The notes: generated by a model from the letters alone, not told the origin. DNA of 64,000 nucleotides from Lama glama (GCA_028534125.1 CM052818.1:19284001-19348000), one strand, 5' to 3'. Shown: positions 37,005 to 51,180, counted from the first letter of the stretch. Program-made: numbers and translations.

Positions 37005-38052
37005 GTGTAACCGCTGGGTGTGTAACCAGTGGCCACAGATGCTCTGAAGGGCTCCACGCTTGAAATTATCCTGCTCTTGGGGTTAGTGCTCTGTGGCCAC
37101 TGTCTTGATTCTTCAATCATTTTAAGAATTAGAAAAGAAGATGATTTTTAAGAATAATTTTACCATCCTTTTTTAAAAGTTTATTTATTTAACTTTTTTT
37201 TTAATGGAGGAACTAGGGAATTGAACCCAGGGCTTCCTACATACTAAGCATGCTCTGTAGCACTGAGCTACACCCTCCTCCCCAATTCCACCATTCTTAA
37301 TAATGTTATCTTTGAATTTATGTTTTGTAAGTGAAGTTCGATGGAGCAAGGAAGCGTGCACTTGGGCTTGGAGCCTCACTCATCCAAGGTCTGTCTCTTG
37401 CAGCCTCCCTGCTGTCTGTGATGGGTGTTCGGCTGTCTGTTCCCTGCTCCCTGGCTCCCCCAGCCACACCTGGCTTCCCCGTCTCTGCCCATATCGCTGC
37501 CACCCTCTGCCTGGGTACTGGCATAAGGAGAATTGCACAAGGTTGAGCACATGCACCCTGCAGACCTCAGGGAGAGGCACAGTGGCAGCTGTCCTTGCCC
37601 TGGGCTGGCAGTGCCTCAAGTGCATTTGACAGGTAACATCAGAGGTGAGCCTCTCACCCACCCCGTATCTGAGTACTGAGCATGTCCTGGCACAGAGATT
37701 AAATCCTTTGGGGCTCTCCCATCCACTGTGGGTTCTGCCTGCAGCATGGCAGGTCAGTCTGGTGGCTGGCTGGAGGAGGAACCCCAGAGCTGGAGCAGCC
37801 AGGGGGCAGTGCACCCCCACCCCACCCCTGCACCTATGGGGCTCTGCAGTCATCTTACACAAATCTCTGTGCTGAGGAAGCACAACATTAAATAGCAGGG
37901 AAAACCATGAGAGGGTGAGCAGAGAGAGACCACGGAAGAAAGGAAAAAGTTTTATCTTTAGTGCCTTTGATGACACTTCCCCTTGTTTTTTGAACAAAGG
38001 ATGCTGTATTTTCATTTTGCACTAGGACTCATCAATTAGGGAGCTGGCCCTG
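37005..38052 (+). mobile_element. Long MER45-family (hAT-Tip100) element, interrupted by a SINE
   Basis: 5' part resembles the MER45A copy at 20703; ends tttttgaacaaaggatgctgtattttcattttgcactaggactc...gctggccctg. Confidence 0.65.
37175..37283 (-). mobile_element. tRNA-derived SINE (Vic-1 type)
   Basis: Minus strand GGGGAGGAGGGTGTAGCTCAGTGCTACAGAGCATGCTTAGT...GGGTTCAATTCCC; TSD-like AATTTTACCATCCTT / AATTCCACCATTCTT. Confidence 0.85.
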
Positions 38053-39831
38053 GCTGTGGCAGAGGGTGGGGCCACATCTCTCTGGTTGAGCCTATATGGC
38101 ATCTTAAATTCCTGGGCTGTTATTAAAACTGATTTATCAACTTCTCTAGGGGTGGGAGTCACACAGGTAGCCACTGACAACCTGGGAATGATGGCTGAGA
38201 GTATTTGCTGAGCAAACTGACCAATAAATGGATGAACAAAACAAACTAAGGGAAACCCCAAGTTATAAATGTGTGATGGGCTCCAAAAATGGTCCTCTTA
38301 AGGCCATTTGCCTTAGAACAGGAGGCAAAAGCTAAGCAGGAAAAATCTGTGGCAGAGAGAGCTCTTGAGGGCTCTAGGGGGAGGGCTGCTCCTGAATCTC
38401 ACAGCAGAGGCTGCTCTGGGCAGTCCAGCTCCTTGGCTTTTCTGTCTGCTACAACTCCCCACTCACGGCTAGAAGACGTTCCTATCGCATAGCAACAAGA
38501 CCTTTGTAATGAGGAAAGACGGAAGCTTTGATATGGAATTTCTCTTTCTGGGAGGAAGTACCTGTACATTATCAATCTCTGTTGATATGTCTCCAAAAAT
38601 CTCAAACTGTAACAATCCCACAGAGAATGTGGTTGCCATTTAGTACGAATACCCAACAGCGTGCACTGCGCCCACACCCCCTTCCTCCCTGCCTGCCAGT
38701 GCCTCTCAGCTGGTCTCCACCTGCTCCTTGAAGCCCTCTCTGCTTGCTCCAGGGCCGTGAGTTTCCCAGCATGGGCTGGGACTCCGTCATTCCTAAGTGT
38801 GCTATTACTTTAGCATTTGTCATGTGGGCTTTCAAGGCTCATGGCCTCTTTGAAGTTAAGGACTGTGTTGTGTGTTCCCTTCTCTCAAATTGCTCTGAAT
38901 GCCAAGCCTAGGCCAGAACATCAAGTACTTTGATTCTGCTCTAGCCACCCAGCCCTTCCCGCTGTTCCTCCATCACCCTGGACCCACCCCACCGCAGGGC
39001 CTTTGCACTTGCTCTCCTCCTGCCTAGAAAGCCATTTCCCAACGATTTCCAGGACTTGATCCCTCTTATCTTTCAGGCCTTTGCTCAAATGTCCCCTCAT
39101 CAATGAACACTTCCCTGACCACCCTGTTGAACATTCCAGACCTCTTCCTCCCTTCTTTCTCTGGCCCATCCCCCAACTTTATCTTCCTCCGAAGTATTAT
39201 TACTTCATAGTATCAGGCATTCTAAATATGCTTTATTTGTTTACTGTCTGCCTTTCTTCCGCATAAGAATAGTGATTTCATCTGTTCACTGAAATATCAT
39301 GACTAGAACATTTCCCAGCACACAGCAGATGCTCAAACAACATGCACTGAATTAAACAAAGAACACGTTCAACAGGTTCTTACTTCAGTTGAAGCCCCAT
39401 TGCATGCATGGCCTGTGGCTCTCAAAGGCTAGTTCCCCCGTCAGGGTCTGAAAGAATGAGGGAGCAACTCATTTCTATGTAATAATTAACACAATCTCTG
39501 CTTATCTGGATTCCTGGGTAGGAATGATGACTCGCAGTCAGTATAGCCAGTGCACTTTCGCGCTCCGCAGCCAGTTAGCTCAGCGATTAGGGCCTGTTCT
39601 GGGGAGGCCAGAGTCACCACTGTCCCCTCCCCGGGGTGAGTCATGGCACTTGGCTCAGTTCCACAGTCCAGTCAGGGCACAGGGGAAACAGAATGAGAAA
39701 ATGTGGACACGCCGGGAGAGGATGCGGTTGTGCAGACGCAGAAGTTTGCTCATTTGTTCCCTCCTTCAGTAACTGTGTCCCAGTCTCCTGTGGGAACTGA
39801 GCAGGACTCAGCGAACCGGGAGGGCTGTTCT

Positions 39832-39954
39832 GTTTTTGTTTTTGTTTTTTAAAAGTTTCTGGGGAGGGGGAGGGTAATTAGGTTTATTTATTTATTAACC
39901 TGGGACCTCATGCATGCTAAGCAGGCACTCTGACCCTGAGCTATACCCTCCCCC
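39832..39954 (-). mobile_element. tRNA-derived SINE (Vic-1 type) with an internal deletion through the B-box
   Basis: Minus strand GGGGGAGGGTATAGCTCAG...GCTTAGCATGCATGAGGTCCCAGGTT joined directly to AATAAATAAATAAACCTAATTACC; TCTGTT flanks both ends. Confidence 0.8.
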
Positions 39955-40480
39955 TCTGTTGTTGAACAGGTTGGAGATCCGCTCCGTCGTCTGTGGCAGT
40001 GACCAGAGCACAACGTTCGGCAGGAGCCCCGAGGGGAGGAGTCAGGGCTGCGGAGGAGGCGGGGCCTTCAGGTGCGCTCAGCTTTAAGGTGGCGTTTGAT
40101 TACAAAAGGGCAGCAAAACTTTCCAGGGGGGAAGAGCTGTCCAGTCAGGGTGACGCTTAGGATTCTGGTTTATGATGTTGGGAGAGACCTGTTTCCTCTT
40201 TTGCCTGGGGACACTGATGGCCTGCTGAGCCACCCCGCCACCAGCTGAGGGTGCAGACAACACAGGGAGGAGGGGAGAACCTAGGAAAGAAACCACAGAT
40301 GAAGGGGCAACTCTGAAAGGCAAAACCCTGTGCCTGCTTTTTAGGGACGAAAATGGTAGAGAGTCTAACAAAAACGCTTAGAAGCCTGTGCATTCAAAGC
40401 ATGAAAGATATACGGAAGCGCCTTTGCTTAGAAAATTCCACCTTCCAATTATGCAGATACCACAGGTAAGCAAGAGCAAA

Positions 40481-41230
40481 AGGGCATGAGAAAAAGAGAA
40501 CCCTCCTACACTGTTGGTGGGAATGTAAACTGGTGCAGCCACTATGGAAGACACTATGGCGGTTCCTTGACAAACTTAAAATAGAACTGCCATAGGATCC
40601 AGTAATTCTACTCCTGGGCATATACGCTTAAAAAAGTGAAAACACTAATTTGAAAAGATACATGCACCCCAGTGTTCACAACAGCATTATTTACTGCTAT
40701 GGCCAAGCCATGGAAGCACCCCAAGTGCCCAACAACTTATGACTGGATAAAGAAATTGTAGATACTGTATACACACACATACACTGGAATGTTACTCAAC
40801 CATAAAAAGAATAAAACACTGCCATTTGCCCAACATGTATGGACCTAGAGAATATTATGCTTACTAAAATGAGTTCAACAAACACTATATAATATCACTT
40901 ACATCTGGAATCTAAAAAATAATACAAATGAATGTGTATACAAAACAAACAGATTCACATAGAAAACAAACTTATGGTTACAAAAGGGGAGAGGGAGGAG
41001 GGGAGAAGCAAATTAGGGATATGGGATTAATACCCCTAGATACAAACTACACAGAATAGATAAGCAACAAGGATTTACTGTATAGTACAGGGAATTATAC
41101 CAATTACCTTGTAATAACCTATAATGGAATATAATCTGCAAAAATACTGAACCACTATGCTGTACACCTGAAACTAACACAACACTGTAAATCAACTATA
41201 CTTCAGTTTAAAAAATTGAAAAAAAAAAAA
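40481..41230 (+). mobile_element. 5'-truncated LINE-1 (ORF2 end + 3' UTR + poly(A))
   Basis: gaaccctcctacactgttggtgggaatgtaaactggtgcagccactatgg...tgtacacctgaaactaacacaacactgtaaatcaactatacttc + A-tail; TSD AAGAGCAAAA / AGGAGCAAAA. Confidence 0.9.
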
Positions 41231-41618
41231 GGAGCAAAACACGATACCTCTGCTCAGCTCTGCAGATGGTGTCAGTCACTGACTCCCGGGAGTGTGGCGG
41301 TGGGAACTAGTTGGCATTTTCAGTTTGCTCTAGAAGTCCAGAGCTACACATTATGTCTTCTTAACGCTAAAACCTGGATGGGCTGGCCCCAACCGAGGGC
41401 TCAGCTGTGAGCTCTCTCGTACTGGAGGGAAAGCCTTTGGGACATGTGCACGGTCCAGCTCCCCTTAATCTTGTAATCAAGACAGACCAGCGCTATGCTG
41501 TCTTCTTAGCAAATGGCTGAGAGCGCTCGTATCTGACATGAGTAGGAGGGATTGTGAGTCTGGGTCCTGAGGAAGAAATATCAAAGTAGAAAAAGTTTTC
41601 CTTTAAAAGACAAGCACG

Positions 41619-41730
41619 GAGGTGGGGAATATAGCTTAGTGTAGAGCACATGCTCTGCGCACATGGGGTCCTGGGTTCAATCCCCAGTGCCTCCGTTAAA
41701 GGAGGGAGAAAATAAAAAAACCCTAAAAAA
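41619..41730 (+). mobile_element. tRNA-derived SINE (Vic-1 type)
   Basis: GGGGAATATAGCTTAGTGTAGAGCAC...GGTCCTGGGTTCAATCCCCAGTGCCTCC; TSD AAAAGACAAGCA / AAAAAACAAGCA. Confidence 0.85.
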
Positions 41731-43403
41731 ACAAGCAAACCAAAAGCCCTGGCCCCTACCCAGCTCTCCTAGTTTCCTGGCTTCCAAGTTGGACTACTGG
41801 CTTAGCTGTGGCAAGTAATTGCTGAGAACCTGAAAGCACTTCCTTATTTGCAAGTCAATGGGCAGTTTTTTTTAGGTGAAAAAGAAAGGCCCAGTTAAAG
41901 CCCCTCTTCTTTCTGCTTCTTGGGATCAGTACTGTATTTTTTTTTTTTTTCCAAGAGAAGCCAACGGCTTCTCAGTCCCCAAAGGCAGATCCGGAAAGGT
42001 TTTGAAGATGGAGAAAGAGAAGTAGAGGGCATAATGGCTTGAGACTTGGCACAGGCAGCTGGGAGCTGGTGAGCTGGGCTGGGAGAAAAATAATGTAATA
42101 GTCATGGCTGGCATTCATGGGGTGTCCTCTGTACCGTACGCCATCCTACGTGATTTAGGTTTTATCTTCCCTATTAATACACACGTTATAGCACAGAGAG
42201 CACAAACAACATGGCCAAGATCGACACAGCAAGGGAGTGGCACAGCCAGCAGTTAAACCCTAACAGTCTGATTCCAGAATCTGTGCCTTTAATGCCAAGA
42301 TGAGAAGCCAAGAGAAGAAGGCCAGGGGTCCAGGCGGTGGGGCTTGTGAAGGAAGACTGGAAGTCCCTGGGGCTGCAGAGGGCTTTCTGGTTCCCCTACT
42401 CAGGAGGGTCTGGGGTTTCACAGACCAGTTAAGTTCCCCCACATTGAGTAGTTATCTTTTTATTTTGCTAAGCAAAAATGATTTTTAATGTCATTTCATA
42501 AAATAATAAAATAAATGTAATTTTAGTGCAAAGAATTCCATCCTTTAAGTTGAATACATCTCCCTTTTGTAAAAAGCTTCCTTCCACTGTCCTTATTTTT
42601 CTCATCTCAGCATGAAGTGGTGAAAATGTCCTCATGGATGGTCCATGTCTCAGGACCCTCCTTTGGGACCACTGTGGGGCCTCATCTGATACTCTTAAAT
42701 TGGCAAGGTAGGTAGAGGAAGTCTTGTTAACCCCCATTTTATAAACAAAGAAACCAAAGCCCAGAGAAGTCAAGACATTTGTTTAAGGACACACAGTTTA
42801 AAAAATAGCAGGTCCAGATTACAGACCCAGGTTTTTAGACTCCAGGTCCAGTGGTCTTTGCTTGTGTACCTCAGGCCATTAACCAGATGAACTGACTGGA
42901 CACCAGACTGACTCCTTGCTGTGTGAGGACCTGAGCGTTTAGAAAGAGAGAGCATTCATGTGGTGTTTCCATTGATAGGGCTCAGGGTGTAAGAGTGCCC
43001 CTCTGAGAGGCAATCTCTAGCTTCAGGACAAGATGAGAAGCCCCTTCAAGAGTATAGGAGTATATTTTCTCTTCCATCTACCACAGGGCTGGGCACACTG
43101 GGCAGCCAAGAAATCCTTGCAGTTTGGAAGTAGGAGTATAGTTTCGATGCCAATTTTTATTTAATAGGATTTTACTGTGGAAAGTAAGGAGGCAGGGAGG
43201 AAAGGGAAAAAATCTCATACACAATTTGATAGGATGCTACTGGGAAGAGGGAAAAAGGGATGGAGTCCAGAAAAGACTTGATGGAGGCACCCTGGCCAGT
43301 GATGGGAGGAGGGAGGCAGCACCAGGGCGTTTGTTCGCAGGGGCAGGTGGAGTGGTGTGGGTGGGTGGCAGGAGGGGAGGAGCACTGACTGTGGTTTCCC
43401 ACT

Positions 43404-43545
43404 CTTTTTTTGTTTTATTTTGTGGGAGGGTAGGTAACTAGGTTTATTTGTTTATTTATTTATGATGGAGGTTCTGGGGATTGAACCTAGTACCTTGTGC
43501 ATGCTAAGCATGTGCTCTGCCACTGAGCTGTACCCTCCCTACCCC
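43404..43545 (-). mobile_element. tRNA-derived SINE (Vic-1 type)
   Basis: Minus strand GGGAGGGTACAGCTCAGTGGCAGAGCACATGCTTAGCATGCACAAGG...GGTTCAATCCCCAG with AT-rich tail. Confidence 0.85.
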
Positions 43546-46500
43546 TGACACTCCTCTTACAATCAAGGCCAAACTACTGATTATGGCTCCTGGTGCCTAA
43601 GGGTTTGGCCCCTACCTACTGCTCTCATGTTACCACCATCACTCTTGATCTCTGTGCGCCAAAGATGCTCCATGAGATCCCACCTCAGGACCTTTGAACA
43701 TGCTATTCCTGCTTCTGGGAATGCTTTTTTTTTTCTTAAACCAGCACATTTAATGCCTATTCATTCTTTGGTGACTTCCCTGAGTCCTGCCTACCAAGTG
43801 GAGGGGTAGACAGCCCAGAGTCACACTGGCCCACCTCCAAAAGCAGTGAACATTGAAATGTATGCTATGTGCACACAGCCAGGCAGTACTTCAACCAGTG
43901 GGGTGCTTGTGAGGCCCATGGGAGCATTGAGGAGCACACAGTATCTTGTCCTGAGAGGAGTCAGCACCCTGAACCTTTCCTTCATATCTTTGTTATATGC
44001 TGTAATTGAGTGTTTGGATGGTTTTTTTTTCTGCTGGCCATTGTATCTGCAGCCTAGCACAGAGCCAGGGTCCTGGATGGTGTCCTCTGTGTTTGTTGAA
44101 TGGCCTCCTTCCTTGTTTTGCTGCGGGCTGCCTGGCTATGCAGCTGGCATTTTTGCTTTCAACTCACACATTCCTTGGGGGTGGGGTGGGAGGGCTTGGA
44201 GGGCATGGCCATGTCTAAAAAACTCTTCCCAGGCTGCTCAAAGTTGTGTTTTCTTCCCAGCCCTCTGAGTTTGAGGTCCTCTAGTACTGGGGACAATGGA
44301 ACCTGTCACTTAACCTGCTGGCCAGGATGGGGAGTGGGCTCTCGTGAGAGGTGCATGCTGGGTGGGTCTGAGTCGTCAGCTCTGATGGTGTAGGACGGAG
44401 GAGACTTCAACCTGTGGGATGTGGAGTTGGGCAGGAGCAGGGCCCGGCACCTGGCAGACTTGTCATTCCCAATTCAGCCACTAAGTGGCACTGTTACTCC
44501 ACAGGAAAGCAGCCCCTTGGAGTAACCAGGTCCAAGTGATGACACTAGCTGACTTTCTCTAGCTCCACTGGTGTGCTAAGCACGTGAACACTAATTTCAT
44601 AATTACGAAAGAAAAGGATGATGAAATCTATTTTACAGACGAGATAGAGAGGTAAACAGGATCAGAGAGATTAAATGACGTTTTCAATGGCCAAGCCAGA
44701 ACTCAAACTGAAGTCTGCTGAAACCCGAAACCCAGGGCCTTCCCCCAACCCCTGCCCTGTGCACCCCACCCACATTCCCCTAATCATAATGCTAAATCTT
44801 GTCACACTTGTCCTTACAGCTGCCACCTATCAGGGCTGTTGTCCACACGACAAGCTTCTCTCACTCAGCTGACTTGGTTTAGCCAATTTTAATTATCCAG
44901 ATTAATGTTGGGGCCACTGACTTGGGTGTAATTTTAAGTTGGGTTATTAAAATGATTTACTTGAATCCAGAGACCATTATTCTGTGTGTGTGTCAGAGGG
45001 ACGTGTGGGGGAAGAGACACCTCCAGAGCCCTTCCAGAGCCCTCTCTTCTGGTCTCTCTCTGCAATACCTCCCCCTCCATCCCCACTAGCCCTTACATGG
45101 CTGCCAGAGAGCTTTCCTGCAGATTTGGTCAAGTGACTCTCTCTACTGTCCTTCAGTGTACCCTGTAGCTTCCAGGAGATAATCCCATTCCTTAGCTAGC
45201 ACCCAAGGTCCTCCATGAGCTGGAACCTACCTGAATGGCTCCCCACCCCAACCCCCGACTCCAAAACTGGCTCACATGCATGCACTCTCAGCCCCCACCC
45301 CCAACCCCCGGACCTCAGCGCCCCTGAGAGCTGCCATCTCCACTGCCAGGGGGAACAATACTTCCCAGCAAGTGGTAGTGGGGATGAAATGACTCCTGTA
45401 ACACTGCTGGCAGTGTACTGACCCACAGGAGCAACTTATTACTGTTCCTTGCCTTCCCTTTCCCTGGGAAACGTGCAAGGATAACACAGCCTGGAGAGGC
45501 AAATTTAGGTGTGCAGGGCGATCCCTGGGTAAACATTTCCAGACGCAGGCAAATGTCATCAGGTGTACTTTGCTCAAGCTGACACTGAGGAAGGCATTTC
45601 CTGTACTTTTTTTCCTCCTGTGCTCACGGTGAATTCTGAGGTGGTTCAAACACCATCTGGATGCGAAACTCCTTGAAGGGAGAAGCAGGGCTGTGAACCT
45701 CTGGGTGTCTTCTTAGGCTTGACACAGCACTAGGTCTTTATTGGCATTTCCAAGAATGTTAATTGGCCAATTAATTGTTAACTGGGTGCATGCAAAGCTG
45801 CAGGAATGGGCAGATTATTTCAGGGCATCACCATCTGAAACAGAAGGAGCATTGTTTTAAGAGCCTGTTGAAGCCCAGAAGAAGTACAGTACTTTCTTCT
45901 TCCTGTTGCAAAAGCTGGTGGTTTAAAACCACAAGGCATTAGACCAGGAAAGCAATGAGGCTGACTGATGAGTGGCTTGACTTGAGCACTCTGGGCTGGT
46001 TGGGCTGTCCATGTTCAGACGTGGATGTGGGCAGAACCTACACCATCCAAGGGTAGCCTCAGCCTACCCTCTCCTCCTTTTTCTCAGTTTAGTTTTCTTA
46101 TTCTGAGGTTCAAAAGGATGTAAAAGACCTTTAGACAAAGCCCAGTTTCCAGAAACTCTCTACACCAGGCAGACCAGGAACATGGAAATCAACCTCTCCC
46201 AGGAAGGGTCCCACTGGATCAGATGAGAAGTGGGGATTCCTCAGTCCAGACTCTCCTGACTCCAGCCAATCTGTCTCATCCTCAGGGTTCCGGCTTCCCA
46301 CATCTGCTGCTATATTGGACCCACCTGTTCTGGGTTTGCATGGCAGGGAAATTTTCTGATCAATATGCATCTGCCTATTCCTGTACCATGACGAAGTCAC
46401 CTTTGATACTGGCTGGTCTGCCTCTCCTAATCTCAATTCATCCAATGCCCTTTGTACATCGTAAACATTATATACAGACTATTCTCGCCTTTAGTTATCT

Positions 46501-48879
46501 CAGTAACTGTCTACTAAATGACATTTAAACTATCTGGGTGGTCTTATATACTTTACCTCCTTTAGAACCATAGGAAAAACTGATTGCTATTATTCCCATG
46601 AGAGATGGAGACTTTCAAGGGACTTGTTCAAGGTCCTCCCGCAAGGTAGTGACGGGTAAGGACCTCTGCTCTGTGTCAGCAGCCCTCCTGCCCACACTCT
46701 GTAGTAGCCCCTGCAGGGTTACATGTAAATGTATTGCTGCTGCAGCTGGCAAGGATATGGCAACTGCGGGCACTGGCATGTGTGGGCAGGTAGGTGCGGC
46801 TAGGGACACCGACCAGGCAGGAGCTCCGGAGTGAGAGGCTGCTGAAGGATGGAGATTTCTGAGCTCCTAAAAATCTCCTCAGCTCCTAAATATCTTCTCT
46901 GCCACCTGGAAGTTGCTGAACAAGGAATAAGATCTTGCAATTCCCAGCTCTGCTCCTTATTGGCTGTGTGGACTGAGGCAGCACACTTGGTCTTTCTGAG
47001 ACTTTGTTTAACCATCTGCTAAATGGAGGTTTAAATAACACCTGCTTTATAGGGTGGTGAGAATTAAATTTTAAAACGCACGTAACGGGGTTAGCAGCTG
47101 CCTAGCCTTTCTTGCTTGACAAGAGGCTGATGTAAATGTGCACATGGTGGGGCTGTGGTGTTTTTTATGTTTTCCTTTTGCTTCTCTTGGTTTCTAGCAA
47201 ATTAACATGCACTGCTGTTGTCGTAAAAGAGATGCTTTTTAATAACAAAAAGTGTTAATATCCAGACGCATAGGAAAAGAGAGATATGACTCCAGTTTAT
47301 ACCAGGATTTAAATAAATGAGAGCAGAGCATTTCCAGAGAGAAAAATGGTAGGATCTCCCTTTATTGGACGCTTCCTATATGCCTGAAACTCTATGTATA
47401 TTTTGTTTAATTTAAATAACCATCACAGCAACCCTATCATTCCAAGTGTCATTAAATCAGGTAGGTGTCATTAGCCCCATTTTGTAGATGAGGAAGCTGA
47501 GGTTTGCCTGGGTTTTGCAACTAGCCAGGTGCACAGAGTTAGTTGGGGATTGAATCCTGGTCTCTCTGATGGCAAAGTCTGTAGTCCTTCCAATAACTTT
47601 TCAATTTAACTGTAAGGGTAGACTGGAACTGGGATGAGGATCGAGGGATTAAGGGAGGGAGCACAGCAAGCAGGGAGCTGGGGACACTGGCCATTTAAAC
47701 AAGTTCTGTGGGCACAAAGGACAGGAGAAAAAAGCAGAATGGAATGGAAGTATCTCAGAGCAAAGGTGCCCAATTTCACCAATCTTCAGAGGGGCTCTGC
47801 CCCATTTCAGGGAGGTCAATCCCTGTAGCTGCGATGATTCTGTTTAATTTTCTTTTTCTTTTTTTTAATTTTACAGCCTGTCTTTGCAAAGCTGTGAATG
47901 GGGGCACTTAAATATGTGTTGCTAGGTTTCCAAACCAGCTCTTGGCCCTGGTGGTTCGCTGGGAGTGGGCACGCAGAATGGTCCCTGTGTGACCATCCCA
48001 GCCTTGCTGAGGAGTCACGTGAAGGTGCATGAGTTTCTGCAGCAGCTGTTGGAGCCTCCTCTGTCTCCTCCACCCTCTCCTATGTGCAGTCCCTTCATTT
48101 CATCCCAAGTGAAGGTCCAGGTCTCTTTGGACCCTAGGTTTACTTTGTCAGTTAAATTTCATTTAAATAAATTTAAGAGTCAAAAAAAAATTCATTTAAG
48201 CTCCTTCAGGTTTAATGCTTCAGGTTGTTCATTGCATAAGAGCCTACAGCGATGGACTGCTGAGATCCAGACCTCCCCTGAATTTGTACAGAGGCATGGT
48301 CTGGACCAGCGGCATCTGTGGTCTCCTCACAAACGTATGGATTTCCCTGAAACGTGGAATGGACCCATCTGATCACAGGTGTTGAATGAAGAAAGTTCGT
48401 GGTTTTGCTGTCTTCGAGAGAGGCCAAGTGACTGGACCAGGGTCATATGGGCCCCTAGAGAGGACAAAAGCCCAGCCCTTTTGATTCCCAGACCTACAAT
48501 GTCTCTCCTGAACCACTGAACCACTCTCCTGTCCCTTTACTCCACCTAAAGACACAGAAAGAAGAGCTGGGAGAACAGGTGCTTGTAGGCAGGGGGGCCT
48601 GAGGCTGTACCTGTTGCAGCCGAATTCAGCCAGGCCTCAGTGCAGAAACTAAAGGGCTCATCCTGGCAGACCCAGGGAAGCTGCTGGCCTCTCATAGTGG
48701 GGCAAACCTACATCATAGATTTTCCAAGGAAAACTGAGATACAAGCTTTAGAAAAGGAAAGAAAAAATTGACTTGCAAAGAGTGCAAGAGTTCAGACTTC
48801 AGGAATGGCTCTCCAAACCCAAAAATATAGCAATCCATTTAAGTAAGCAGACAAACAAATGTGTAAAATTATCCAGGCT

Positions 48880-49332
48880 GCTGGAGTGGGTTGAATGGTG
48901 ACCCCCTCACAAAGATATGCCCAGATCCTCACGTCTAGAACCCGTGAATCTAATCTTATTTGGAAAAAGCGTCTTTGTAGATATAATTAAAGATCTCAAG
49001 ATGAGATCATCCTAGGTTATCATGGTGGACTCTAAATCCAACAACATGTCCCTTTAAGAGACAGAAAAGGGGAAGACAAGGGAGACAGGGGAGGCCACGT
49101 GAAAATGGAGGCAGAGACTGGAGTGATGCAACCGCAGGTCACGGACACCTGGAGCCACCAGAAGCTGGGAGAGGCAAGAAAGGATTCTCTCCTAGAGCCT
49201 TTGGAGGGAGCATAGCCCTGCCCACAGCTTGATTTTGGACTTCTAGCGTCCAGACCTTAAGAAAGTATGTTCCTGTTGCTTCAAGCCACCAAGTTGGTGG
49301 TAATTTGCTACAGCAACTAGAAAAACAATATA
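48880..49332 (+). mobile_element. MaLR LTR (MLT1B/C-like)
   Basis: gggttgaatggtgacccc...cttatttggaaaaag...gatgagatcatcc...gagccaccagaagctgg...aagccaccaagttggtggtaatttgctacagca. Confidence 0.85.
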
Positions 49333-51024
49333 GGTACCATGCTTACATTAGCCTGCTCGTTATGGAAATAAAACCCCTCAGATGGTGATTGTGTTCACAA
49401 AGGTCAGGGTGTCTTTAGACACTGAAGAATTGTTTTTGTTAAGGAGTCCAAGTTCACAGGGAATAGTCAAAGTTTTATTATTTGGGCACCACAGCCAGTC
49501 AGGGTTGAGACTGTGGTTATTTTGGTTTATTTCAGGGTGCAAAATGTTTTGTATTTTGCTTTGCTTTGCCTGACTGTGGTGGAGGAAATGTTTCCTGACT
49601 TCGGCAACATAGCAGAAGTTTGCGTCTGGAGGTTGATAAATGCACAGACACCTACAACAGAACCTGGCACTAGTAAGTGTTCTATGTGTTAGTTTTAGCT
49701 GTCTTTCTTCTTTTTGTGTGTTTATTCTAAACTTTCTGCAGGGAGCATGCATAACCATTTCCTTCTAATTCAAATACTCGCTTGTTTTAAACATCAGAGG
49801 CCCGTTACCCTAGAAGAGTCGCGAGTGCCTAAACCAGGTTCTCTGGTCTCCGACACAAGAGACCCAAGTTAAAGGCCTCAGAGTAACCTCACCTCCTTTG
49901 TGGTCCCTAGACTACATCTGTGTCATCCCTTTAAGGTGAGGGATGGATCCCAGTATCTGTTATTTCCTCTATTGGCAATAAGAAAATTTTGGTTTTAGAG
50001 AAAATTCACGTGTGTGGCTGAGAGGTGGACAACCCCAGGCTGGAGCAGACATGACCAAGTCTCACTGGGTCCTTGAGGGAAGGAGAGAAAGGGAGGGGAG
50101 CTGTGTCCAAGGTCACAGTCAGGGTCAGGTATCAGGGAGGGGGCTGTGAGCAGGGATGGGTGGGGGCCTGTGGAGCCTCATGTGCCCAGGAGCTAGTCCC
50201 ACAGGAGCAAGGCGTGATGTCCACCCAAGGGGCGGCTCAGTCATGGGATTCTGATGGCGAGAATCAGAAGGCTAGGAACTCAGCTGCTGGAAGCCTGGAG
50301 ACTGGCATGGGGTTGGAGGGGCTGTTCCTTGGGGTCCAATGTCAGGACCATTGCTGAAAGTTCATTTATTCATTTGTTCATCCAGCAAGCATTTCATTTA
50401 TTGAGTCCAAAGATAATGACTGAGCTCTATGTCCCCAGCCCAGGCACTGAGGCTCTAGTAGGGAATAAATCAGACCAATATCCCTGCCTTAAGGGAGGGC
50501 GTTCTAGTTCTAGTACGGGAGGCAGATGACAAACAAAATAAACAGGTGACATTTTCAGCAGGTTACATAGTGATGAGTGCTAAGGAGAAAAACAAAGCGG
50601 GGAAGGGGGATAGGAAATGGAGAGGGGGCTGCCGTATTACCCCCAAAGAGGGCCTCACTGATGGGTGACATTTGCATGAACACCCAAGAGGGGCTGGGGA
50701 GGGAGGGAGTCGTGCAAGCATCTGGGGAAATATTCCTCTCAAAGACACGCAGCTTCTGTGGGAAGGGGTGAGGATGCTGTAAAAATCTAGAGGAAAGGAA
50801 AGTCACCTGAGGAACAGCCCCTGGGAGGGGTTTTTATTTGCCAAGGGAAATAATAAGTGTGCCTCTCATGTGTTTACACATGAAAACTGAGGATCACAAT
50901 AAACGATATTCAGTAAATATGAGACATATTTCAAAATCATGATCATATCTCACCTTTCCAAGGAATTGTTTATCTAACTTTATAGACCATAGCATAGAGC
51001 TGGACCTTAGCAACCATCTGGTGT

Positions 51025-51180
51025 CAGTGTTTTCCAAACTTACCAGAAGACCCGACTGGGGTGCTTGATTTAAAGGTACAGATTTCAGCCACCCCACCAC
51101 CTCTAATCCAGGGAAGGGGCCTGGGAATCTATATGTCCAATGAGAGTCCCAGGTGATGCTCTAACAGGCAAACTAGAGAG
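51025..51180 (+). mobile_element. hAT-Charlie MITE, MER5-like
   Basis: cagtgttttccaaactt...gggcctgggaatctatat...cccaggtgatgctct. Confidence 0.55.

Noticed and set aside
37380..38015. 211-aa ORF as a transposase
   Set aside because: It lies in a non-autonomous MER45-family element and shows no hAT transposase motifs.
14991..43545. tRNA-like sequences with A/B boxes as genuine tRNA genes
   Set aside because: All have AT-rich tails, TSD-like flanks, divergent stems or deletions; they are SINE copies.
26313..46900. Short local direct repeats (GACATACTTGGGACTCT twice at ~26313-26351; AGCTCCTAAA twice at ~46862-46890)
   Set aside because: Ordinary slippage-type micro-duplications with no sign of function.
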